A program made the position numbers and the translations under genes. A model generated the notes under the pieces. It worked only from the letters and a program-made list of their open reading frames with translations, did not search any database and was not told the origin of the DNA. 64,000 nucleotides of DNA. Origin: Octopus vulgaris (taxonomy: Eukaryota). The stretch spans positions 192,386,001 to 192,450,000 of the forward strand of contig OX597815.1 in the NCBI GenBank assembly GCA_951406725.2, written 5' to 3'. Shown piece by piece: positions 26,390-39,470 of the stretch (the stretch's first letter is position 1; each line of letters begins with the position of its first letter).

Positions 26390-27640
26390 GTTCAAATTTC
26401 CCCTGAGGTCGACGTTGCCTTTTAGCCTTTCGGGCTCGACTAAATAAGTACCAGTTACCCGCTGGGTCGATGTAATCGACTTAGTCCCGTCCCCCAAGCT
26501 GCCCTTGTGGCAAAAAAATTGAAATCATTATTATTGTTATTATTATTAGATGCTGCGAGTTGGCAGATTCGTTCAGAATCTGAGTTCAAATTCCGTCGAG
26601 GAATTTGATTTTTGAACTTTGAACTTTGCCTTTCATCTTTTCGGAGTCGATAAATTAAGTACCAGTTACGCACTGGGGTCGATGTAATCGACTTAATCCC
26701 TTTGTCTGTCCTTGTTTGTTCCCTCTATGTTTAGCCCCTTGTGGGCAATAAAGATTTAAGAATCGTTAGGACGCCGGGCGAAATGCTTAGCGGTATTTCG
26801 TCTACCGAGGTCGACTTTGCCTTTCATCCTTTCGGGGTCGATAACTTAAGTACCAGTTACGCACTGGGGTCGCTGTAATCGACATAATACCTATGTCTGT
26901 CCTTGTTTGTCCCCTCTATGTTTAGCCCCTTGTGGGTAATAAAGAAATAGGTATTTCGTCTACCGAGGTCGAATTTGCCTTTCATCCTTTCGGAGTCAAT
27001 AAATTAAGTACCAGTTACGCACTGGGGTCTATGTAATCAACTTAATCCCTTTGTTTGTCTCCTCTATGTTTAGCCCCTTGTGGGCAATAAAGATTTAAGA
27101 ATTGTTAGCACGCCGGGCGAAATGCTTAGCGGTATTTCGTCTACCGAGGTCGACTTTGCCTTTCATCCTTTCGGAGTCGATAAATTAAGTACTGGGGGCC
27201 GATGTAATCGACTTAATCCGTTTGTCTGTCCTTGTTTGTCCCCTCTATGTTTAGCCCCTTGTGGGCAATAAAGATTTAAGAATCGTTAGGACGCCCGGCG
27301 AAATACTTAGCGGTATTTCGTCTACTGAGGTCGACTTTGCCTTTCATCCTTTCGGAGTCGATAAATTAAGTACCAGTTACGCACTGGGGTCGATGTAATC
27401 GACTTAATCCCTTTGTCTGTCCTTGTTTGTTCCCTCTATGTTTAGCCCCTTGTGGGCAATAAAGATTTAAGAATCGTTAGCACGCCGGGCGAAATGCTTA
27501 GCAGTATTTCGTCTACCGAGGTCGAATTTGCCTTTCATCCTTTCGGGGTCGATAAATTAAGTACTAGTTGAGTACTGGGGTCGATTACATCGACTATCCT
27601 CCTCTCCCAAATTTCAGGGCTTGTACCTATAATCGAAAGA
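26390..27640 (+). mobile_element. SINE family A tandem array (~7 units)
   Basis: gaggtcgactttgcctttcatcctttcgg.gtcgataaattaagtacc repeated at roughly 150-190-bp period. Confidence 0.88.
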
Positions 27641-27669
27641 ACTATTATTACTATTATTATTATTAATTC

Positions 27670-27721
<52 letters not shown>

Positions 27722-28094
27722 AGCAGCAGTGTGTTGTTGTTGTTGGTGGTGGTAGTGGTAGTAGTTGTAATTTTGTTGTTATTGTTGTTGCTGTTGTTAA
27801 TATGATATATGGCGTTGGGGAGTGAGCGGTAGAATGTCTGTTCGAAATTGCTTTAGATTGTTTATCTGAAGTTCAACCTAGCAAAGTATCACATGATAGT
27901 CTGGAATTAAGTTACATCTACGGTATACTCAAGCAGCAGAACAGAGCTTACGTAAACAAATAACGAGGTTAATTTGTTAGGATTTCTCAATCAAAAATCC
28001 TGTCTTAATTAGTGTAAGCAATTACTCTTGATTTTAATGGTCATTGCTAATTTATACAATGTAATAGAACTGTCAGTACGTTAAATAGAGGAGA

Positions 28095-28124
28095 GGGGAG
28101 AGAGAGAGAGAGAGAATATGTGCA

Positions 28125-28157
<33 letters not shown>

Positions 28158-28230
28158 AAGAGAGAGAGAGTGTGTGTGTGTGTGTGTGTGAGTGAGGGAG
28201 TGTGTGTGTATGTGTGAGACAGAAAGTGTG

Positions 28231-28287
<57 letters not shown>

Positions 28288-28467
28288 GTGAGTGAGTGAG
28301 TGAGTGAGTGAGTGTGTGTGTGTGTGTGTGTGAGTGAGAGAGAGAGAGAGAGAGAAAGTGTGTATGTGTATGCGCGTGTGTGAGAGACAGTGTGTGTATG
28401 TGTGTGTATGTGAGAGAGAGAAAGTGTGTATGTGTATGTGTATGCGCCTGTGTGTGAGAGAGAGAGA

Positions 28468-28503
<36 letters not shown>

Positions 28504-28652
28504 GAGTGTGTGTGTATATGTATGTGTGTGAGAGAGATTGTGTGCATGTGTGTGAGAGTGTGTGTGTGTGTGTATGTATGTGTGTGAGAGAGAGAAAGTG
28601 TGTGTGTATGTGTGAGAGAAAGAGAATGTGTGTGTAGTGTATGAATGCGTGT

Positions 28653-28690
<38 letters not shown>
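28095..28690. repeat. (GA)/(GT)/(GAGT)n compound microsatellite
   Basis: Direct inspection. Confidence 0.95.
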
Positions 28691-28692
<2 letters not shown>

Positions 28693-29567
28693 CTGTATTG
28701 AAACATAGTATGTTTGTGTGTGTGTGTGAGTGTGTATATGTGTATGTTTGTGAATTCAGTGATATGGCCTGTACAATCAGTAACGGGAAGAAAGCACAAC
28801 AGCTGTCGAAAGATAAACAGCATAAGTGCACGCTGGCGCGAATGTATATGTATGCATGTGTGTGTGCACGTGTGAGTGCAAGGGCAAAGCTATATAAACT
28901 GCACACATGTACACACATAGAATTCCTTTTTCGCATATGCGCAATTGCGCGTACATATATACAAAAATGTGCACAGATATACGCAGCCCTGAGCAGAAGA
29001 GAGGGTGGAGGAATCAGTGGGCATGGGCCTACGGTTTTGAGGTGGGGGGGTTTACTACCCTCTTCTCGGCGAAGGGGAGATTCTTTGGTAAAGAATTTTG
29101 TTTTTCTTATATAATTCTCTGGTTCGTTTATTCTCTCTTGTTACTTCTAATTACATCAATGAACGCTACATGTATACGTAAGGGAACTGCAACTCATTCA
29201 TAAACCACGTATTATATTAAGGACCGTCTGCCATGAAAATTCGTGATAAACAGATTAGAATATGGCCCACGCTTCTCATTTAGGGCTGAGTTTGCATTCG
29301 TCTGTACATGCAAATAAACATGCATATATACATTTATGCATGGCTTACATTCGTACATGTTTTCATGCATACATACTGACATACAGGCGTGGCTGGGTGG
29401 TAAGACGCTTGCTTCCCAATTACATGGTTCCTGGTTCAATGCTACTGCGTAGTACCTTGGGCAAGTGTTTTCTACTATAGCCTCGGATCGACCAAAGCCT
29501 CGTGAGTGGATTTCGTAGACGGGAACTAAAAGAAGCCCATTGTGTGTATATATATATATATAAAATC

Positions 29568-29669
29568 AAAAATAAGCAACAAGAATGACTCCGGTAATTT
29601 GGTACAATTGTTTCGCACTACATCATTTTAATTTTTAAATTACAGGAGTCATTCTTGTTGCTTATTTTT
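29568..29669. repeat. Inverted repeat containing a half hammerhead motif
   Basis: aaaaataagcaacaagaatgactcc / ggagtcattcttgttgcttattttt; minus strand GAAA-caattg-TA at 29603-29614. Confidence 0.8.
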
Positions 29670-29769
29670 TATTATAATCACCCCGCAAATTTTTATGGAT
29701 AACACCATACAAAATTCTGGTACATCTAAATTAAGTACCATATTCATTTGAATCTAAATTGTTGCTGAA

Positions 29770-29860
<91 letters not shown>

Positions 29861-29904
29861 GTAATAAGTGACAATTATTCGGTAGCCTCAGTAAAATGCT
29901 AGCA

Positions 29905-30475
29905 CAGACCTGATACCAGATTTGAGATAAAGAAGAAAAACTGTACACTTGTGGAAATTAGTTGCCCAGCAGATGTTAACATAAAGCTGAAGATCAGTGT
30001 AGAAGAGAATACCTATGCTGAACTATTGAGAAATCTGCAGTTACTCTATCCAGATTACAAGTTCAGGTTTATACCAGTGATTATCGTGTCCCTGGGATAC
30101 GTAACACACTGTCAAAATACAAAACTTGAGAAATTAAGCTTCTCAAAACCAGAAAGGAGTAAGCTAATTCGAAGACTACATATCCAATCCATCAGTGGAA
30201 CTGTAAAAATCTGTAAAACTTTCCAGAAGTTTATCATTTAAGTATATAGGAGCATGTCTAGATATGCAACTATATGTTTGAGAATATATACATAAAAGAA
30301 AACATACAAATCTGCACGTATACATACATACATACATACATACATACATACATACATACAAACAAAAATACCCTCTTGCTGATGTTGAAATTCCAATGAA
30401 GGAGCCTTGGATCTAGGTTAGAAAGCGGCTCTTTCTCTATTGACAAGAAATCTTGGAATAAAACTGGATGATCAC
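29905..30475 (+). mobile_element. R4/Dong-like LINE 3' fragment, (CATA)n-associated
   Basis: VEISCPADVNIKLK...KFRFIPVIIVSLG...GTVKICKTFQKFII*; same family as 58790-59425. Confidence 0.85.
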
Positions 30476-31949
30476 ATACATACACACATATTCATAACTG
30501 AAAACAGAAGAAAGCTTACATTCATACTTGCATAAATACATACACACATGGTGGTGCCCCAGCATGGCCACAGCTCGTGAGCTGAAACTAGATAAAATAA
30601 ATAAATAAATAAATAAATAAATAAACATACATACATACATACATACGCACACACACACAATTATGCATACGTACATCGCATACATGCCATGCATACATTT
30701 ATCCATCCATTTAGAGCTCCATATATTTATAAATGTGAAGACACGCGGCCTAGTGGTTAGGATGTTGCATTTACGATCTCTGGATCACGGGTTCGATTCC
30801 AGGATCGGCTGGCACGATGTGGTTTTGAGCAAAACACTACATTTCACGTTGCTCCAGTCCACTCAGTTGTAAATAGGCCACCGTGCGACGGGGAATATTG
30901 GTCTGCCCACCTAGCCAGCGAGTTGCATCATTCGAAAGATAAAATGATGCAAAGCGTATTGTAACCAGCGATGTATAACAACACCCGATAGTCTAGTCGA
31001 TCACGTGATACTTATACATAAGTATAATCACATATAAATCTTACATACACCCTGATTCTAGTTTTATAAACATACCAATTACTATTGGTGCACTATCTTA
31101 TTAAAATGATAAAATGACAACCTTAAAAAAATTAGAATTTTCAAGTAAAAACGAGACCGGTTAATACGAACTTTACAAATACAATCCGTAAGTGGAAGAG
31201 TAAAGCTATGCAAGACTTTCTTAAAGTTCGATATGCAGGAATTACGTTGACTTTATCCAAATTCCATTGATAGAACTCTTGTTTCGTGGCTACAAACCAG
31301 CTTCCACTTTTAAGGAAAAATACTAATTATTAAAAGAAAAAAAAACATACATACATACATACATACATACGCACACCCATCCGCCCGTCTGTCCGTCCAT
31401 CCACCCATCAAGTCGTTCAAGAATTTGGACCTGGAGATCTCCATTTCCAGCGACTTCGAGGGCCACCTCCCAGTGGTGTCGGGCGTCAACGAAGAGCCCT
31501 CGACTACAACAAGACGGCCAAAGTTTTTTTTTTCCCCCCAAGGTCTGGGTTCTCCCGCCCCTAAGCCCTAGATCATTACCTGAACACCCTTACCCGTCTT
31601 GTTGCTTAACAACAACAACAATCCACCCATCCATCCATCCATCCGTCCGTCCACCCATCCCCCCATCCATCCGTCCATCCTTTCCCCCATCCATCCATCC
31701 ACCCGTCCGTTCATCAATCCATTCATTCATCTACCCGTCCCTCCGTCAATCCATACATACATACACGCATTCGTACGGAGACGTCTAAATCCAGGTGCGT
31801 GCGTTAGTAAACATTTCAATTATTAATTCTTCTTCCGTTTCTGTTAAATACATCCCTTTCATCCGCCATGAAGCTCGTCTGTATGATTCATTGATAGAAT
31901 GCTCTTTTTGTTGCTTTATATCTTCTGTGTGTGTATACAACACCAAACA

Positions 31950-32284
31950 CACACACACACATTCATATATATATACACACATATACATCCATATATATAT
32001 ATATACATCCATATATATATACATATACATCCATATATATATCCATATACATACATATATATATATCCACATATATACATATATATATCCATATACATAT
32101 ATATATATCCATATACATATATATATCCATATACATATATATATATCCATATTCATATATATATCCATATTCATATATATATATCCATATACATATATAT
32201 ATATCCATATACATACATATATATATATATATATATCCATATACATATATATATACACCCATATACATATATATATACACCCAT

Positions 32285-32318
<34 letters not shown>

Positions 32319-32650
32319 CCATATACATATATATATATATATACACCCATATACATATATATATATATATATACACACCCATATACATATATATATATAT
32401 ATACACCCATATACATATATATATATACACATATACATACACCCATATACATATATATATATACACATATACATACATATATATATACATCCATATACAT
32501 CCATATATATATATATATACATACATATATATATACATATATATACACATTCATATATATACATATATACATACATATATATATACATATATACATATAT
32601 ATATATATACAAATATATACACATACATATATACACACACACACATACGT
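31950..32650. repeat. (TA)n-based minisatellite (ccatatacat(at)n units)
   Basis: Direct inspection. Confidence 0.95.
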
Positions 32651-33690
32651 AAATATGTGTGTACACTAACGTATATCGAAGCTAACGTATGTATACCATG
32701 CATTTGATATTTTCATTGCATGGAGAATGAAAAATGTCCTATCAAGATATGCTGTATTCAGGAATGTTATTTTTGTAACGTATATAAATGTTTGAGACAT
32801 GGTTTGTTGCTGTTGTTGTTCTTCTTGTTCTTGTTCTTGTTGTTGTGCTGTCGATGTTGTATGAATTTATGCGTGAATCTGTGTGTTCATATATATTTAC
32901 GCGTGCTTTCCTGTGCGCAGACGTGAACGTGTTGCGCGCGTGCGTGCGTGCGTGTGTGTCTGTTGTATCATCATCGCGTGTACTCACCGAACATTCCCTA
33001 ATGTCCCGTTTGGCAGTTTCTCAATTTCCTTTCCGGTACATCAGAATGCTATATTGGATTGGTATATCGATCACTAAAGCCTCAACATCCTTAATCATAA
33101 TATACAGACACAGTTAACCATGATTTATATGACTGTTAGTTTGCACAGGCACGGAGCAGACTATTATAACACGGCCATTTTTAGGGGGGAAATATTTTGC
33201 GCTGATTTCTTAATGTTTGTATAGTATCGAATGAATACAAACAACCTACTCAATTATGCATCGTATAATATATTCCAGCCTAGCCTAGCCTAACCTAAAG
33301 TGTTATAGTTGAAATGGGAATCTCACTTTGTGTTTAACAGGCTATCTCATATATTCCGTTGAATATTCTGACTAGTTTGTATGGTCTAATTCTGTACAGA
33401 TTTACAAAAGGGCTTTGTTGTATATTTTACGATTGCGGCATCAGGTTATATTATTGGTGAGAGGTGAGGGTTCTATCTACGTAGTCACTCGGTCTGCTAG
33501 AAATAGCAGCCAAATTTCCTTCAAAGGAAATCGTAGTCTTTGATGTACAAAGACATGGCATAAATATAAAAAGATGCTATAGAAGCAAGCAATAAATAAA
33601 GCTGAGATGGGCTCGGCTGGAATGCCTTTTGTTCAAAAGGTTTGCTTGATCAGAGTTACTCCGGAGTAAACGATGTCAAAACAATAGCAA

Positions 33691-33885
33691 GTGGAGGCGC
33701 GATGGCCCAGTGGTTAGGGCAGCGGACTCGCGGTCGTAGGAACGCGGTTTCGATTCCCAGACCGGGCATTGTGAGTGTTTATTGAGCAAAAACACCTAAG
33801 CTCCACGAGGCTCTGGCGGGGAGGGGTGGTGAACCCCACTGTGCTCTCTCACCACAACTTTCTCTCACTCTTTCTTCCTATTTCT
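33691..33885 (+). mobile_element. SINE family C 5' part
   Basis: gtggaggcgcgatggcccagtggttagggcagcggactcgcgg head. Confidence 0.85.
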
Positions 33886-34056
33886 GCCATAAAGCAGAGG
33901 AACCATGGTGTGGTAAACTTTCAGACCCTAGTCTAGATTGCAAATCCGCTGTACCCTAGGATGGTTCCACTCTCTACCCGTTAAAAAAGCCACCGTTTAC
34001 GGAATGAGGATAACAACGCAGCTTTCGCGCCCGTGCAACCGCCAGCCTATCGTGTG

Positions 34057-34348
34057 TTACGGGGACGTAAACACACCAGCATCGGTTGTCAAGCGATGTT
34101 GGGGGGACAAACACAGATACACAAACACACACACACACACACACATATATATGTATATATATATATATATATATATACATATATACGACGGGCTTCTTTC
34201 ACTTTCCGTCTACCAAATCCACTCACAAGGCTTTGGTCGGCCCGAGGCTATAGTAGAAGATACTTGCCCAAGATGCCGCTGAACCTTGGGACTGAACCAG
34301 GAACCATGTGGTTGGTAAGCAAGCTACTTACCACACTGCCACTCCTCA
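34057..34348 (-). mobile_element. SINE family B, 3' truncated
   Basis: Match to the 53054 copy. Confidence 0.85.
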
Positions 34349-35101
34349 TATGTGCTTCACTTTTAAATGTTCGATTTAAAAGTATACATATGGACCATTT
34401 TGATACCAAGTTGCCCGAGACCGACCCTTGGTTTCTTGAGAAAAAAACTTCCTGTTTATAATGATGTAAATTAAAATCTTCAATCAACATTTTGTATTAA
34501 TTTATGTTCCAAACACTAATTTAATAACAAAAACGTTATTTTACTAAATTCTTCATGATTTTCAAAATTAATGAAAAGAAACAACAAAAAAACCCCAAAA
34601 AAACAAAGGCAATACATTTTAACAACAAAAGCAGTGTATTTCACATAAAATATAGTAATGAAAGTTTTATATCACTTAAGGATTGTCAAGGTAATCTCGG
34701 ATCTGTTCGCCAGATATGAATCGCCATTAATTTTAATGTCAATTCATAGACACGTGTGCATGATTATTAAAAGAATATTAATGTACGACAAGATGAACAG
34801 CAAAATGTGAATAACAGTTTAGAACACATGTGTGTCAGTAAATGCAAAACACAAGTTCGCATCTGGATGGTATACGTTTCGCAAGAAGCTAAAAACAAAA
34901 TAAAAACCAAAAAAAAGAAAACAAACAAAAAACCGAGACATTCTGAAAGAAACCGTGGTGCATATATATATATATATATATATGTGTGTGTTAGTGTGTG
35001 TATATATAGGGAGAGTTTACAAAAAAAAACAACAAAAGACCAAGACAGGTGGTGTACAAAACAAACAGATGTACTAGTATAACGCTCAGGAATAGAAAAG
35101 T

Positions 35102-35137
35102 CTTTTAAGTTTCGAGCCTACGCTCTTCTACAGAAAG
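35102..35137 (-). ncRNA. Degenerate minimal hammerhead ribozyme motif
   Basis: cuuu CUGUAGA a gagc-guag-gcuc GAAA cu UA aaag; A6 is substituted, so probably inactive. Confidence 0.5.
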
Positions 35138-35208
35138 GGACACAGAAAAAACAAGGAGAGAAATAAGGAGAGAAATAAGGAGAGAAAAAAATGTGTGTAG
35201 TGGCTAAC

Positions 35209-35610
35209 GTTCGGTTTGAACGGTAGTTTTTAACATAATTTCTAGGTACTAAAAAATTTTAAACTTCGTATACTGGTAGAATGTGTTTATAAAACATCTT
35301 TTTCTCTTGGCTTTATTGAGAAAATTCTATGGTTTGTAAGATATTTGTTGTTTTTTTCTTCAATTTCTGCAATTTCAACCAATCACTGGCGTCTATTGAG
35401 GTAAAAAACATTCTGTGTCGTATGAATGTGTCCCTCGTTTAAGAAACAGATTGGGTTTATTTACATTTGTGAAGAAAAAAAGATACCCTTCTCCCCACCC
35501 CTAACCCTAAAACAGATTGAAATGCAATAGATCGATACTAGGTTCATAATTATAGGTGACAATTTCATATGACACCGCTAGAAAAAACTGCCGTTCAAAC
35601 CGAAAAGATC
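35209..35610. mobile_element. MITE-like element with terminal inverted repeats
   Basis: ttcggtttgaacggtagttttt and aaaaactgccgttcaaaccgaa about 400 bp apart; no ORF. Confidence 0.75.
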
Positions 35611-36004
35611 CAAAAATTATGACAAAGATGTTATTGTTTTGTTACGGACGACTGATAAAAATAATACATACATACATACATGCATGCATGCATGGATACT
35701 TGCATAAATACATACATACATGTGTACATGATTCCAGTGGGATTCTACGTAGTTTCTGCGTACCAAATTTACTCAAAGACATTGGCTAGGCCTGGGACTA
35801 TTGCAGAAAGCACTTGCCCAAGACCACGTAGTTACGATGCAAACTTCTTCACAAAACAGCCATGTTTGCACCCATCGATTATTATCTTTTTTTCCTTTTA
35901 AAATAATTTCAGAAATAGAATACAAATGCAAGTCTCTTTCACATCAGACCCGAGCGTATTTAATTTTAATAGAAGAAGGACATTTTAGTAGCCTAGAATT
36001 TTTT

Positions 36005-36604
36005 GTTGGAAGCACTCCGTCGGTTACGACGACGAGGGTTCCGGTTGATCCGAATCAAAGGAACAGCCTGCTCGTGAAATTAACGTGTAAGTGGCTGAGC
36101 ACTCCACAGACACGTGCACCCTTAACGTAGTTCTCGGGGATATTCAGCGTGACACAAGAGAGTGACAAGGCCGGTCCTTTGAAATACAGGAAGTAAGAGT
36201 GAGAGAAAGTTGTGGTGAAAGAGTACAGCAGGGATCACCACCATCCCCTGCCGGAGCCTCGTGAAGCTTTTTAGGTGTTTTCGCTCAATAAACACTCACA
36301 ACGCCCGGTCTGGGAATCAAAAAAAAATATGAGTATACATATATATTTTAATATTTAGCAGAACAGAGTGACTCTAGGTCAGAGAGTTTCGTGCGTTGGC
36401 ACTTATCAAACTTTGATAAGTGTTAACGCACGAAATTCTCCAGCCCCGACTCACTTTGTTACTTCTGCTAAACGTTAATATGTATATAAATATGTATGCA
36501 TGCAAATATCATGTAAACACTCACAACGCCCGGTCTGGGAATCGAAACCGCGATCCTATAACCGCGAGTCCGCTGCCCTAACCACTGGGCCATTGCGCCT
36601 CCAC
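36005..36604 (-). mobile_element. SINE family C pieces (~36005-36318 and ~36515-36604)
   Basis: Match to the intact copy at 51873-52261; aaacactcacaacgcccggtctgggaatc is duplicated. Confidence 0.8.
36354..36472 (+). other. Compact hairpin; the 29-nt inner arms pair fully on the + strand using G-U wobbles
   Basis: gagagtttcgtgcgttggcacttatcaaa c tttgataagtgttaacgcacgaaattctc; outer arms tttagcagaa/ttctgctaaa. Confidence 0.85.
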
Positions 36605-37483
36605 AGCCTAGGATAAACCATGTCTGAAAAGAAGAAATGGTTACGGCCTGAATACCTTTGATCATAGGTCTGCTCGATGAAGACTGACCTGGTACTAAAG
36701 AAACAACGACGTCGTATGATGATAATACTAATCGTAATAATGGATTAGAATTGATTTGCTACCAGTTCTGATGCTCCTTTGAAAAATGTAAGGCGACACA
36801 AATTTGCTGAAGACTCGTTGTAATTAGTTCTCGAAAGATAGTAACAATCGATTATGTAAAAAGATCAAAGACAATATTCAGAGAAATATAGGCAATATTT
36901 TAATTAACATTTGAGAGTCATCAAATAGATGGAAAAAAATAATCAGGGTGTGGTAAATGGCTTGAAATGGGCTGTTGCGATGGTGAAGGGGAGGACGATA
37001 ATAACAACAACATCAACGATATAAATCTTGAAACAAACAAATAAAACAATTATGAATAAAAAAAAATAGATTAATAAATAAATTAAGAAAAAAAAATGGA
37101 ATCTAACATCCGGGAACATCTTTAAGATGCGAAAATAATGTGGAAATGAGGACATCTTAGTTGTTCCATAAATAACTTTAAAATTCTTCATGGAACCACC
37201 CATAAAACTAATTCACTTCTAATAAGCATTGACTTTTTCTCAATAACGGCCTTAACATCCACACAGGCAGCAACCTCTCTTCCGACTTCTATAGACAGTT
37301 ATTCAAATTAATTATAGAACACAGAAGAAAAAAAGAAAAGACGAAAAGAGAAAAACGAAAGAAAAAAAAAATTTATTCTCTAAATATGAGTGATAATTTT
37401 TCTTAATCTTAATTTTTATTTCTATTTTATTTTTTTTAATATTTTGTTGTTAATTTTTTTTATGTTTTCTTGCTCTTTTTTGT

Positions 37484-37857
37484 ATTATTATTATTATTGT
37501 TAATATTATTATTATTGTTTATATTATTATTATTGTTAATATTATTATTATTGTTATTATTGTTAATATTATTATTATTGTTATTATTGTTAATATTATT
37601 ATTATTATTATTGTTAATATTATTATTATTATTGTTAATATTATTATTGTTAATATTATTATTATTATTGTTAATATTATTATTATTGTTAATATTATTA
37701 TTATTATTGTTATTATTATTATTATTATTATTGTTATTATTATTATTGTTATTATTATTATTGTTAATATTATTATTATTATTATCATTATTATTGTTAA
37801 TATTATTATTATTATTATTATTGTTATTATTATTGTTAATATTATTATTATTATTAT
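37484..37857. repeat. (TTA)n/(TTG) trinucleotide tract
   Basis: Direct inspection. Confidence 0.95.
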
Positions 37858-38899
37858 TTTCTTTTTTTAAATGCAATTGCTGTGCAGAAATAATTTAAAG
37901 TTTCTCTTACACTCCCTTCGCCCTTGATGTCTTCGCTGCCGCCCGAACAGCCTAAATAACTTTGAAAGACATACTGAATAAGAGAGCTCGGAGAGCAAGA
38001 TGCAGAAGAGAGAGCAAGTAGGAGGAGAGCAAGCAATGGAGAGCGAGAAAGAGCGAGAGAGAAAGATCCAGAATTAGATCGCCTCATCGAAAATAAAAGC
38101 GAGAAAATAAAAATAAAATGGAAGAAAAACCAAACCGAAGCAATAACATCTGCTTCACGAACCACTTCATTTTGACTGTCAAGATTCATTTGATTGACTT
38201 AATATTTGGTATCGACCAATTTGTCTTATTGCTTTCTTCAATTTTTCAATACGGCCATGATCAGCTATTCTCTCTCTCTCTCTCTCCCTCTCTCTCTATC
38301 TATATATGTATCTATCTATCTCATTATCTAACTACGTATGTGCGGGCGTGCGTGTATGTGTGGTGTGTAATGTGTGAGTTGTAAAGCTGCTTTCTTAGAA
38401 CAAGTTATAAAGATAAAGCTTAGATGTAAATGCGTAGGGGGGGGCGCAAGAAATCACACACATACACACATACATGCACACATGCAAACACACTACACAT
38501 GTGTGTGTGTGTACGTGCATGAGAGAGAGAGAGAGAGAGAGGCAGTGGGTGCTGATCACTCAATCATTATCTCTTTATTCCTTTCAATCGCATGAATTTT
38601 TCATCAATTTCTTTTTCTCTTTCTCGTTCTCTCATAAATCCTTCGTCTCTCTTCTCCGGCCATAACTCTCTCTCTCTCTCCTTCCATCTCTCTCTCTCTC
38701 TCCTTCCATCTCTCTCTCTCTTTCCATTCTCTTTCTCCGAGTCTTTCTTTCTCTATGTCTATTTCCATCATACTCCTTTCCATCTACTTGTCCTTGTATG
38801 TCAATCAGTCTCTCCATCTCTCCAATCTCTCCTTATTTATTCCACGTTTCCCATTCATCAAGGATTTCGTTTTACTCCTTTCACACACACACACACACA

Positions 38900-38938
<39 letters not shown>

Positions 38939-39470
38939 CGCGTTACACACAACTGTTTGATTCTTGCGCATGTCATTCATTTATTTCTATATTTACTTAT
39001 TTATTAATCTACTTTTGCAGGAATTAAGGCGATGAATGAATTAAGTACCACGGCTTAATCTGGAAAGAAGGCGAGATGAAAACACACCAAAACAAAGTAA
39101 AAATAGATGGAAGCAGTTAAGTAGCAGCAGCAGCAGGAGTAGTAGCAGAGGAAAAGCCTGTGACAAGAATAACATGTATTATATAGAAAAGAACCCTGTT
39201 TTCGTAATACATCCAGCTTGTGTAGCTGAAATAGAGAATAAGATCAGAAGTGACTAAGAATTGGTAGGTTAGAAATGGTCGTTATAGTCATGAACCAGGC
39301 TGAAGATCAAACGAATGTGAATGAAGTGTATGGTGATGTTTAGCAAGTGGTGAGCAGTATATAATGGTACAGAGTACAGTAAAGGGAAAGAGTGATATAA
39401 GATGTTCGTTGTTGTGATGTTAGCAATAATGTAGAGAATACAGTAGAGGTTTTAACGTTATATTAGCAGA

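Noticed and set aside
26390-27640. CRISPR-like regular repeats
   Set aside because: The units are whole SINE bodies with no unique spacers and no cas genes; eukaryotic context
13605-32707. Many long ORFs rich in Y/I/H/T/C/V/M (for example 31785-32666, 28073-28936, 15276-15926)
   Set aside because: Translations of dinucleotide and tetranucleotide microsatellites that lack stop codons
33895-34056. HDV-like ribozyme suggested by the ggaaccat/atggttcc helix
   Set aside because: No P1.1 GG, P3/L3 or catalytic C segment could be placed; possibly a LINE 5' UTR fragment
35495-35512. Telomere-like ccctaaccctaa
   Set aside because: Only two units, inside a MITE
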